A stretch of DNA of 64,000 nt from Candidatus Endomicrobiellum agilis (GTDB taxonomy: Bacteria; Elusimicrobiota; Endomicrobiia; Endomicrobiales; Endomicrobiaceae): assembly GCA_020328155.1 (NCBI GenBank), contig JAIXMX010000002.1:1847-65846 (forward strand). The letters are read 5' to 3'. The translations under genes and the position numbers were made by a program. Below, piece by piece: positions 1 to 8,306 of this stretch. The notes beneath the pieces were generated by a model. It saw only the letters and a program-made list of their open reading frames with translations. It was not told the DNA's origin and did no database searches. Within the stretch, counting starts at the first letter, position 1; each line of letters opens with the position of its first letter.

Positions 1-625
<625 letters not shown>

Positions 626-629
<4 letters not shown>

Positions 630-825
630 GAGCCTAGAATGCCCGAAAACGTTGAGAGCGTTACAGAAGACATTTTAAAGGAAACACGCAACATCTACAT
701 TTCCGCACAGTCGTTAATAAGGCGGTTATGTGATAGGTTTGACGAGCTCCGAGAGAGCTGATTGATATGTGCGAAGACATAATAAGTTCAGTTTATAGAA
801 TTGAGGACAACTAATAAAATGAAAA
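626..825 (+). repeat. Conserved inter-cassette module, copy A (~200 bp; contains a small ORF, spacer, RBS and the ATG of the next lipoprotein gene)
   Basis: Near-identical to 1409..1609, with a handful of substitutions and one 1-nt indel. The flanking coding bodies are unrelated. Confidence 0.9.
639..761 (+). CDS. Conserved 40-aa small protein (MPENVESVTEDILKETRNIYISAQSLIRRLCDRFDELRES), copy A
   Basis: AGGAG lies 7 nt upstream of the ATG. It is too short for the ORF track. A second copy at 1422..1544 differs at 4 nt but only 1 aa. Confidence 0.6.
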   Translation: MPENVESVTEDILKETRNIYISAQSLIRRLCDRFDELRES

Positions 826-1412
826 AAACTATATGTATATGTATATGTATATGTATATGCCTGATGTCTGGCTGTGATAAGTCGCTTAGTCATGGAAGAC
901 CTGTGAATGCTGTTGTTGAGGATAAAGCAACGCATTCGCTGACGTCAGATACCTTAAATGCTTCTGCTCCTGAACCTTCAAACACTCCCACTCCAACACC
1001 TGAGCTGAGTAAGTCTGTTCAGCCGTCTGATACTACTGATACAGGTAGCTCGGTTGTGAAATATGGTCTTTGGGCTTTTGCTTTTATTGCTCTTATTGTT
1101 GGCTGTTATGATGTGTTTAGATATTTCAAACCTGAAAGAATAGAAATACCTGCGCCTAAGATTGCAGGTTATGTCCCTTCTACTTTTGACCAAATTGACC
1201 CTAAAGTTTACCAATTTTGTTATTGTAGGTATAACAGCGACATTTCTTATACTTGGTATTTTGCTAAAAGGAAAATTAAACGCTATTTTTGGACTGATTT
1301 TATACAGATGAAGAAAATTGATAGTAAAATACCTATTTATCAATTGTGTAATCCTTTGAATCATTCTTATCTTTTTAATTTTTATGTTTATAAGCCTGCA
1401 CCTAGCAAATAG
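819..1412 (+). CDS. Variable lipoprotein, paralogue B
   Basis: The ATG at 819 (the track start at 801 is an upstream TTG) gives MKKT-(IC)5-LMSGC-DKSLSHGR. It has the same N-terminal module as paralogue A, then a P/T-rich linker, the helix YGLWAFAFIALIVGCY and an unrelated C-terminus. Confidence 0.75.
   Translation: MKKTICICICICICLMSGCDKSLSHGRPVNAVVEDKATHSLTSDTLNASAPEPSNTPTPTPELSKSVQPSDTTDTGSSVVKYGLWAFAFIALIVGCYDVFRYFKPERIEIPAPKIAGYVPSTFDQIDPKVYQFCYCRYNSDISYTWYFAKRKIKRYFWTDFIQMKKIDSKIPIYQLCNPLNHSYLFNFYVYKPAPSK
830..859 (+). repeat. (ATATGT)n hexanucleotide microsatellite, ~5 units, encoding (Ile-Cys)5 in the signal peptide of paralogue B
   Basis: Direct reading: the same repeat as at 1-39, but shorter. 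Confidence 0.95.
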
Positions 1413-1609
1413 GAGCCTAGAATGCCCGAGAACGTTGAGAGCGTTACAGAAGACATTTTAAAGGAAACACGCAACATCTACATTTCCGCACAGCCGCTGA
1501 TAAGGCGGTTATGTGATAGGTTTGACGAGCTCCGAGAGAGCTGATTGATATGTGCGAAGACATAATAAGTTCAGTTTACAGGATTGGGGGACAACTAAGA
1601 AAATGAAAA
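1409..1609 (+). repeat. Conserved inter-cassette module, copy B (orphan: drives only a 5-codon stub)
   Basis: Aligns base-for-base with 626..825. Its terminal ATG (1603) reads M-K-T-A-E-stop (1603..1620) and runs into a terminator hairpin. Confidence 0.9.
1422..1544 (+). CDS. Conserved 40-aa small protein, copy B (S25P relative to copy A)
   Basis: Same RBS spacing as copy A. The differences from copy A are gaa>gag (synonymous), tcg>ccg (S>P) and tta>ctg (synonymous, 2 nt). Confidence 0.6.
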   Translation: MPENVESVTEDILKETRNIYISAQPLIRRLCDRFDELRES

Positions 1610-1645
1610 CAGCGGAGTGATGGAAAAGCACTCCGCTGTTTATAA
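1610..1645 (+). terminator. Intrinsic-terminator-like hairpin closing the cassette array
   Basis: Perfect 10-bp stem CAGCGGAGTG / CACTCCGCTG with a 9-nt loop, followed by TTTAT. Confidence 0.6.
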
Positions 1646-1710
1646 AGGAAATTAACCTCAAATCGTATATTGTTCACGATTTGAGATTTATATTGTACAA
1701 AAATTTAAGA

Positions 1711-1745
1711 AAAGCGCAATGAGTTTTCTCGTTGCGCTTTTTGCT
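1711..1745. terminator. Second terminator-like hairpin
   Basis: 9-bp stem AAAGCGCAA / TTGCGCTTT with a 12-nt loop. The 3' arm runs into a T-rich stretch (GCGCTTTTTGC). Confidence 0.5.
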
Positions 1746-1933
1746 TATTAAAAATATGTTATTATATATGTGTCGGTACGTGTTAATTCATCTTAAAACT
1801 AATTGATTTTTCAACATTTTGAGCGCTCACTAATTATCTGATATACTAATAATACTAAGTCCGACAAACGTCCGCCGGACGATTTTTTTCAAATTTTTTA
1901 AAGAACGAAAAAACAAAAATAAAGACGATAATA

Positions 1934-2125
1934 GTGCGGCAAGAAATTGCTGAAGAATTGAAAAAGGAATTGCCAAAACCAGAGTATGAGGATTGGATTA
2001 GTCCAATCCGAGAGCAGGTATATAGCGAAAAATTTAGCGAATTATCGTTAATTTGCCCAAACAATTACTATATAAACAAAATAAGGGAATACTGCGCTAA
2101 TAAGATAAAACCAATTATAAAATAA
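1934..2125 (+). CDS. Stand-alone DnaA domain-I (DnaA_N)-like protein, 63 aa, GTG start
   Basis: IAEELKKELPKPEYEDWISPI...LSLICPNNYYINKIREYCANKI follows the DnaA N-terminal pattern. Compare Bacillus subtilis LAQIEKKLSKPSFETWMKST...LTITAPNEFARDWLESRYLHLI. The ORF stops immediately after domain I. Confidence 0.5.
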   Translation: MRQEIAEELKKELPKPEYEDWISPIREQVYSEKFSELSLICPNNYYINKIREYCANKIKPIIK

Positions 2126-2821
2126 AAGTTCAGCGTTAATTATGAAAAAGTAAAAAGATTTCAAAAATCTGCCTGTTTAGTTATAAACTACAATATTAGC
2201 TGACTATTGGTTGCTGATAACTAAAATTCTTTGGGCGATGTTAGTAAAGCAATTTATTTGGACTGAGATGTAATAGCAAATAGAGATATATCAAAATTGC
2301 GGGATAAGCATTGATAATTATTTGTCCGATTGCATTGATATTGGCAGCAATTATTTTAATTCTGAAATAATGCTTTTGAACTCATTACGAATTAAGGAAA
2401 TTCAATTTCTATGACAAGTAGAAGAGGCGCGTTGAAGACAATATTGAAAAATTGGATATTACGGTCAGAGTATTTTGAATGCTGTCATAATTTACTAATA
2501 GTCAAAGCTGTGAAATTCATTATGTCGGTATCCTTTAGAGATTTCTATATTATGTATATAAAGATGACAAATTGAGGAGAGAATTTTAAATTTTCATTTT
2601 TTACTAGTAGGATATCGTTTATTAAGCTGTTTTTAAAATATTGGCTTATTCATCTTAAATTATGGAAAGCAGTAAAAAAGAAAGGCGCATTATTTGGGAT
2701 TTATTAAGGAAAAGAGCGCAATAGCGTTTTAATGTTGTTGATAATAGACATTTCCCCTAAATTTTTGTAAACTGATATTTTATATATGGATGATTAAGTA
2801 ACCAAATGGCTTTAGGATTAT

Positions 2822-3361
2822 ATGTCTTGCTTGAAACGTTTTAAACAGCCAAGAGGACAAGCGCTTGTTGAAGCTGCTTTAATTGCGCCTCTCATCATTT
2901 TTTTTCTTTTTACGATTATATGGTTTGTCCGTATTATGCTTACGTGGCAGCAGATTTCCACGGCTGCTAGATATGGTACGGATTTGATTGCGTACACTCC
3001 TTTCAGCAAAAAATATATAGAAGACGATATTAAAAATTATCTTTGCAATACAAATATAATCGGCAGAACTCTTGATCCGGAAAAGCTTGATATTAAAATT
3101 GAAATAAATGATTATGAACCTTTTGATGTTGAACATGTTTTTAATGTTGCAAATTTTAATCCTAAAAATTTCTTTAATACGTTAAAAGGATTAACTGTGT
3201 TTGGCGAAAAGTCTGTTGTAGAGATAACATACTCATATAAAATCCCGGAAGTATTAAAAATAACAGATAGAGAAAGCATAAAAATAAAAGCGCGCTCGGA
3301 GGTGTTGTCCGGAACTGGAAGCAAAGGCGCTCCAAAACGCCAAAAATCAAAGAGAGGATAA
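2822..3361 (+). CDS. tadE: TadE-like pseudopilin / Flp pilus assembly protein
   Basis: The N-terminus KQPRGQALVEAALIAPLIIFFLF is the TadE-type prepilin-like segment (G, then E at +5, then a hydrophobic helix). It is the first gene of the Tad cluster. Confidence 0.75.
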   Translation: MSCLKRFKQPRGQALVEAALIAPLIIFFLFTIIWFVRIMLTWQQISTAARYGTDLIAYTPFSKKYIEDDIKNYLCNTNIIGRTLDPEKLDIKIEINDYEPFDVEHVFNVANFNPKNFFNTLKGLTVFGEKSVVEITYSYKIPEVLKITDRESIKIKARSEVLSGTGSKGAPKRQKSKRG

Positions 3362-3367
3362 GAAAGG

Positions 3368-3544
3368 ATGTTAAATTTTGGTTGGATTAAAAGGCATAAA
3401 GGGCAGGGAATGGTTGAGTATATTCTTATTGTTGCGGTAATAGTGGGGATTGTTTTTGTCGCCTATAAAGCTTTCGGAAAAAAAGTTAAAGAGAAATTTG
3501 AAGTAGCTACGAAAACGGTGCAGAAAGCAGATAAACTTAAATAA
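3368..3544 (+). CDS. flp: Flp-family type IVb pilin, 58 aa (not in the ORF track)
   Basis: MLNFGWIKRHKG|QGMVEYILIVAVIVGIVFVAY carries the Flp motif G-x4-EY followed by a hydrophobic helix. GAAAGG lies just upstream of the ATG. It sits between tadE-like and cpaB. Confidence 0.8.
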   Translation: MLNFGWIKRHKGQGMVEYILIVAVIVGIVFVAYKAFGKKVKEKFEVATKTVQKADKLK

Positions 3545-3559
3545 ATATGGTTAAAAATT

Positions 3560-4387
3560 ATGAAAAAGACAATATTGTTTGCCCTTATTTTCGCCCTTAT
3601 TTCTGCATTTTTTGCTTATATGTATTTATCCGATTTGGAAATTAAGTATAAAACAATGGCTGAACCTGTGAGAGCGGTTATTGCAACGCGGAAAATCCCT
3701 CAAGGGACAGTTATAAGGTCGCATATGCTTGCTGAAAAACATATTCCGAAGGAATTCGTACAACCGAAAGCGTTTCAAAGTATAAAGGAGTTATTTACCA
3801 GCGATGGTACTGCAGTTTATATATCATTGAATGTGATTGAAGAAGGCGAGCAAATACTTTCAACGAAAATATCGAAAACGAATCAAGAAACCGGAATAGG
3901 CACTTTAATTCCTGAAAGCAAAAAAGCGTTATCAATAAACTTTGATATAGAAACATCGGATATTTTAACTCCCGGATCAAGAATAGATATTTTCAGCATA
4001 ATAGATTATTCCGATACGAGTAGAGAATTTCAGGAATCAGTATTTGCAGTCGCACAAAATATTCTCGTCTTAGCAGTGGGTAACAATTGCATAGGAACTG
4101 TAAGAAAACGGGATGATGATTCTGGAAATGCCAATGTTGTAACTTTAGCTGTATCTGTTGAGGAAGCGCAGAAAATTCTTATAGCTTCGAAAAAAGGAAG
4201 CCTTAAATATATAATAAGGCCTGTTGGCGATGTTGAGATATCGGATATAAAACCCTTAAAACTTTCTTCAATTGTGAAAGATGTTTCAAAAATAACGACG
4301 CCTGAAAAAAATACAAAAGATCCAAGACAGATAAACCAAAAAGAAATCTTAGAAATAATGAAAAAATATTCAAATATTAAAAAATAA
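3560..4387 (+). CDS. cpaB: Flp pilus assembly protein CpaB/RcpC
   Basis: An N-terminal TM anchor is followed by a region of the form V.V..A...I..GT.I....L....IP typical of CpaB (SAF-like). The gene context supports the call. Confidence 0.75.
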   Translation: MKKTILFALIFALISAFFAYMYLSDLEIKYKTMAEPVRAVIATRKIPQGTVIRSHMLAEKHIPKEFVQPKAFQSIKELFTSDGTAVYISLNVIEEGEQILSTKISKTNQETGIGTLIPESKKALSINFDIETSDILTPGSRIDIFSIIDYSDTSREFQESVFAVAQNILVLAVGNNCIGTVRKRDDDSGNANVVTLAVSVEEAQKILIASKKGSLKYIIRPVGDVEISDIKPLKLSSIVKDVSKITTPEKNTKDPRQINQKEILEIMKKYSNIKK

Positions 4388-4452
4388 TAAAAAATTATTT
4401 CAAATAAAAACGTCCAAAGGTGATGTACTTTACCTCGTCTAAGGAATAAATA

Positions 4453-6441
4453 ATGCTTTTAATAGCTCCTGGATGTAATATAGTGCAGCGAGATATAATC
4501 GCACATGGTTTGTCTTGCATAAGCGCAAATAAAAGAGAAGAAAACATTATTCTTGATTTTTCCATTCCCGGAACTGAAGCTTTTTGGTCAATATACAAGA
4601 ATGGAATGAAATATGTCGAGGACATACTGCCTGTTTTGTCTGGAATAAATCCTAAAATTTTAAGAGATTATTTGTCCCCTTTCGGGGCGAGTATGGTGCT
4701 TGGACTGAAAGATACAAAGGTAAGCGATATAAATATTGAAAGGATTTTATATCTTATTGCAGCTCTCGAAATCGGATTTAAATATGTTTTTGTTGTTATG
4801 CCTGACGAATTAAGCGGTAATGCGTTAGATCTTATAAAAGAATCAAGATACGTACTTCTTCCTTATATGTCAGACGCGGTATCTGAAAAGAACGCGATTT
4901 TCATTTCAAAAGAGTATAATTCTGTGTTGTCAAATGTAAATTTTATAACTTTAAAACTTGATGTCGGCTATGATTTTCATACGGATAAAGTGTTAGATGG
5001 TTTTGAAATTTTTAAGAATAGTATTCGCTCTGATTTCAGTTTTCATGTGCAAGAACAGGTGCTATCTCCGAAATTTTCTTATAGAGATAAATCAAATTCT
5101 TACGTCTCAGCTTTGGAAAATATAATTGGTATTTACAGTACACAAATAGGAACTGTAAATGTATCTGCCGGCGATTATTATAAAAATGAAACCGTATATA
5201 AGGAATTAAGAGATAGTATTCAAAAAGTGCTTTTAGAAGAAATGAAAGATTATGCCGATGAAACAGATAGTGAAAAATTAAAACAGATAGCAAAGAATAA
5301 AATAAGCGAAATCATTAAAAAGAAAGAACTCATTATACCGAAAGATGTTTCAGATAAGCTTTACAAGGAGCTTTGCGACGATATTGCAGGACTCGGCGTT
5401 TTGGAAGATTTTTTAAACGATTCTTCAATTACGGAAGTAATGGTTAACGGTCCTGACAGCATATTTGTTGAAAAAGCTGGAAAAATATCAAAGACGAATA
5501 TATCTTTTCCTGACGAAGGCAGACTCAAAACCGTTATAGATAGAATAGTTTCTCAGGTCGGCAGGCATATTGACGAATCGTCGCCTATTGTTGACGCAAG
5601 ACTTAAGGACGGTTCGCGAGTAAATGCGGTAATAAGACCTGTATCTTTGAACGGTCCCGTAATTACGATAAGAAAGTTTTTAAAAAATAAACTTCAGACA
5701 GATTCTTTGATTTCGTCGGGAAGCGTCAGTAAATCAATGGTTGAGTTTTTAAAAACGTCGGTTATTTTAAAAAGAAATATTATTGTTTCAGGCGGTACAG
5801 GAACCGGGAAAACTACTCTTTTAAATGCCATATCCTCGTTTATACCTGAAAAAGAAAGACTTGTTACCATTGAAGATTCTGCAGAATTACAACTTCAGCA
5901 GGAGCATGTGGTGAGGCTTGAAAGCAGACCGAAGTCAACAGAGGGAACAGGCGAAATAGACATAAGAAGGCTTGTGGTAAATGCTTTAAGAATGCGTCCT
6001 GACAGAATAATTGTGGGAGAATGTCGTTCGGGCGAAGCGCTTGATATGATTCAAGCGATGTCAACAGGACATGAAGGCAGTCTTACAACTTTGCATGCAA
6101 ATTCGCCGCAAGATGCAGTTTCAAGGCTTGTGACAATGGTGTTGATGTCGGGGATGGATTTGCCGGAACGCTCGATTGTCTCGCAAATTGCATCTGCAAT
6201 TAATATTATAGTACAGCTTACCCGTTATTCCGACGGTTCAAGAAAAATATCTTCAATTTCCATATTAAATAAAACGGATGATGACAGAATGTATGAAATT
6301 AAACCTGTTTTTGCGTTTGATTTAAGAGGTTTTGAAAACGGTATCCAAAAAGGCAGTTTTATTTTTTCAGGATATATTCCGGAATTTGTGAATACGGCTT
6401 CGCAAAAGGGAGTAAATATAGATATGGGAATTTTCAAATGA
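4453..6441 (+). CDS. tadA: Tad secretion ATPase TadA/CpaF with an extended N-terminus resembling a P-loop-less TadZ/CpaE domain
   Basis: The C-terminal ~380 aa hold the VirB11/CpaF core: GLGVLEDFLND..ITEVMVNG, Walker A SGGTGTGKTT, RLVTIEDSAEL, Asp/His boxes and TGHEGSLTTLHANS. About 320 aa precede the core, compared with the ~100-170 I recall for other TadA/CpaF proteins. Confidence 0.85.
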   Translation: MLLIAPGCNIVQRDIIAHGLSCISANKREENIILDFSIPGTEAFWSIYKNGMKYVEDILPVLSGINPKILRDYLSPFGASMVLGLKDTKVSDINIERILYLIAALEIGFKYVFVVMPDELSGNALDLIKESRYVLLPYMSDAVSEKNAIFISKEYNSVLSNVNFITLKLDVGYDFHTDKVLDGFEIFKNSIRSDFSFHVQEQVLSPKFSYRDKSNSYVSALENIIGIYSTQIGTVNVSAGDYYKNETVYKELRDSIQKVLLEEMKDYADETDSEKLKQIAKNKISEIIKKKELIIPKDVSDKLYKELCDDIAGLGVLEDFLNDSSITEVMVNGPDSIFVEKAGKISKTNISFPDEGRLKTVIDRIVSQVGRHIDESSPIVDARLKDGSRVNAVIRPVSLNGPVITIRKFLKNKLQTDSLISSGSVSKSMVEFLKTSVILKRNIIVSGGTGTGKTTLLNAISSFIPEKERLVTIEDSAELQLQQEHVVRLESRPKSTEGTGEIDIRRLVVNALRMRPDRIIVGECRSGEALDMIQAMSTGHEGSLTTLHANSPQDAVSRLVTMVLMSGMDLPERSIVSQIASAINIIVQLTRYSDGSRKISSISILNKTDDDRMYEIKPVFAFDLRGFENGIQKGSFIFSGYIPEFVNTASQKGVNIDMGIFK

Positions 6442-7250
6442 CAGAAATATTTTTTCTTATTTCTCTCGCTGCGTTTATATTTTGTTTTGTATATTTTTTT
6501 GTAAGTAAAATTGGGATAAAAATAAGAGAAAAAAAGAAAAAATCTTTTGATTTTAAGAGTTTAACTATTAAGAGGAAAAGAGCGCTTATTTCGCTGTTTA
6601 TTTTTCTTTTATCGGCGATTTTGCTGCATAATATTATTTTTGCATTTATTTTATGTATTTTTTATCTGTATTTCGACTGGTATATAAAGGATAAAAACAG
6701 GCGTAAACTTGTAAATTTAATGGACAAACAGGTTGTTGAAGCTTTAACTGTTATAAAAAGTGCAGTGCAGGCGGGGCAATCTCTTCAGAATGCAATTAGT
6801 ACTGCTCAAAATGAACTTAAAGATCCTATAAAGCGCGAATTTGAAAAGATGGCAGACAAATTGGCTTTGGGAGTGAGTTTTGATAGAGTTTTGGAAGACA
6901 CTTCACAGAACTCTAAGAGTAAGGAATTTAAACTTATGATAGACACCATAAGGATATCTAAAAACACGGGAGCGAGTTTAAGCGGCATATTTGACAGAAT
7001 AACCGATTCTACAAGCCAAAGAGTTGCAATACAGTCAAAAATAGTTGCTCTGACGGCACAGGGCAGAATGTCCGGAAATATTGTAAGCGTTATACCGTTT
7101 GTAGTTATATTTATGATGTATATAATTGAAGCTGATATGATGAAATCTTTATTTGTTACTTTGCCGGGCAATATTTTGCTTTTGATTGTAGTTGCGATGG
7201 TGCTCGCAGGCTCGTTTATTATAAGAAAAATGACGGAGATTGATTTTTAA
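6438..7250 (+). CDS. tadB: Tad platform protein TadB (T2SSF domain)
   Basis: T2SSF-like segment (VEALTVIKSAVQAGQSLQNAI...) between TM helices. Overlaps the tadA stop. Confidence 0.8.
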   Translation: MTEIFFLISLAAFIFCFVYFFVSKIGIKIREKKKKSFDFKSLTIKRKRALISLFIFLLSAILLHNIIFAFILCIFYLYFDWYIKDKNRRKLVNLMDKQVVEALTVIKSAVQAGQSLQNAISTAQNELKDPIKREFEKMADKLALGVSFDRVLEDTSQNSKSKEFKLMIDTIRISKNTGASLSGIFDRITDSTSQRVAIQSKIVALTAQGRMSGNIVSVIPFVVIFMMYIIEADMMKSLFVTLPGNILLLIVVAMVLAGSFIIRKMTEIDF

Positions 7251-8128
7251 TGATTGTATTATCTTGCGTATTTTCAGGTTTATTTGTGTTTTTTATGGTT
7301 TACTATCTGCTTGTAAACATCAGAATAATGGAAATTGCGGGAAGAGTGCATAATGCTGTTGAAAAAAGAGAGAGTAAAAGTTTTATATTACCCGTGATAA
7401 TGAATAATGCCGAAAAACTCGGCAGACTTATAGCCTATGTAAAATATAGGAAGTTTACAGTTGAGATTGATAAAATTGGAGTAATTTTAAAATCTATCGG
7501 CGGCAGTTATGAAAGAGTTAATCCTTACCAGTTCTTTGCACTTCAATTGTTTACAATGATCGCCGGAGTATTATTTGTCGTTATTCTTATAAGTACTGAT
7601 ATTTTTGTAATATTGTTGTTTGGGTTGATTTTCTTTTTTTTGCCTCTTTTGAAAATTAGAGAAGAAGTCAAGAAGAGAAAAGAACTTATAGCAAGACAAT
7701 TGCCAGATATGGCGGATTTACTTTCGGTTATGCTTGACGCAGGTCTTGACTTTTACGGAGCTGCTGAAAAAGTCATACAAATACTGCAAGGTCCGTTAGC
7801 AGATGAATTTAGAAGTGCTTTGGCAAAAGTTTCTCTCGGATATGATAAAAAAGCTGCTTTGACAGAAATGGTGCAGAAAACTGAAGTTGAACAGATGGGT
7901 TTTTTTGTCAGGACAGTAAATATGTCGCTTGAATCAGGCACGGGAATGTCGGATACTTTAAAACGTTTGACTATTTCCTTGAGAAATGAAAGAACATCGT
8001 CTGCCGAAAAAAAAGCGCAGGAAGCGCCCGTAAAAATGCTTATCCCTTTAGTATTGTTAATATTTCCGACTATATTTATAGTTATTTTCGGACCGATAGT
8101 GATCAATTTTATAAAAACAGGCTTCTGA
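7250..8128 (+). CDS. tadC: Tad platform protein TadC (T2SSF domain)
   Basis: LPDMADLLSVMLDAGLDFYGAAEKV plus C-terminal TM helices. Its start abuts the tadB stop. Confidence 0.8.
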   Translation: MIVLSCVFSGLFVFFMVYYLLVNIRIMEIAGRVHNAVEKRESKSFILPVIMNNAEKLGRLIAYVKYRKFTVEIDKIGVILKSIGGSYERVNPYQFFALQLFTMIAGVLFVVILISTDIFVILLFGLIFFFLPLLKIREEVKKRKELIARQLPDMADLLSVMLDAGLDFYGAAEKVIQILQGPLADEFRSALAKVSLGYDKKAALTEMVQKTEVEQMGFFVRTVNMSLESGTGMSDTLKRLTISLRNERTSSAEKKAQEAPVKMLIPLVLLIFPTIFIVIFGPIVINFIKTGF

Positions 8129-8306
8129 TTTGCTCTAAGATATGATAAGTTCTGTCAAATTGTTGTATATAGCAATAGAATGCCAGAGAAAAAGCAGACT
8201 GGGCAAGAATCCTAAAGAAAAATAAATAAGATTGTAAATAAACAAGCCTCAAGTGTAAATATTGCATATAATTTATAAAAATTTATTTGGGAATGGGCAG
8301 TGTACC

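Noticed and set aside
978-1364. A 128-aa minus-strand ORF inside lipoprotein paralogue B, and the 726-935 minus-strand ORF across the module.
   Set aside because: Neither has a signal sequence, an RBS or a paralogue in the other cassette. The plus-strand reading is supported by the conserved signal peptide/lipobox module found in two copies.
2126-2821. oriC next to the DnaA-N-like ORF.
   Set aside because: I found no TTATCCACA-type DnaA boxes (allowing at most 1 mismatch) by eye in this tract or in 1646-1933. The only repeats seen are short (GCATTGATA twice). The idea is not supportable without a computed box and skew analysis.
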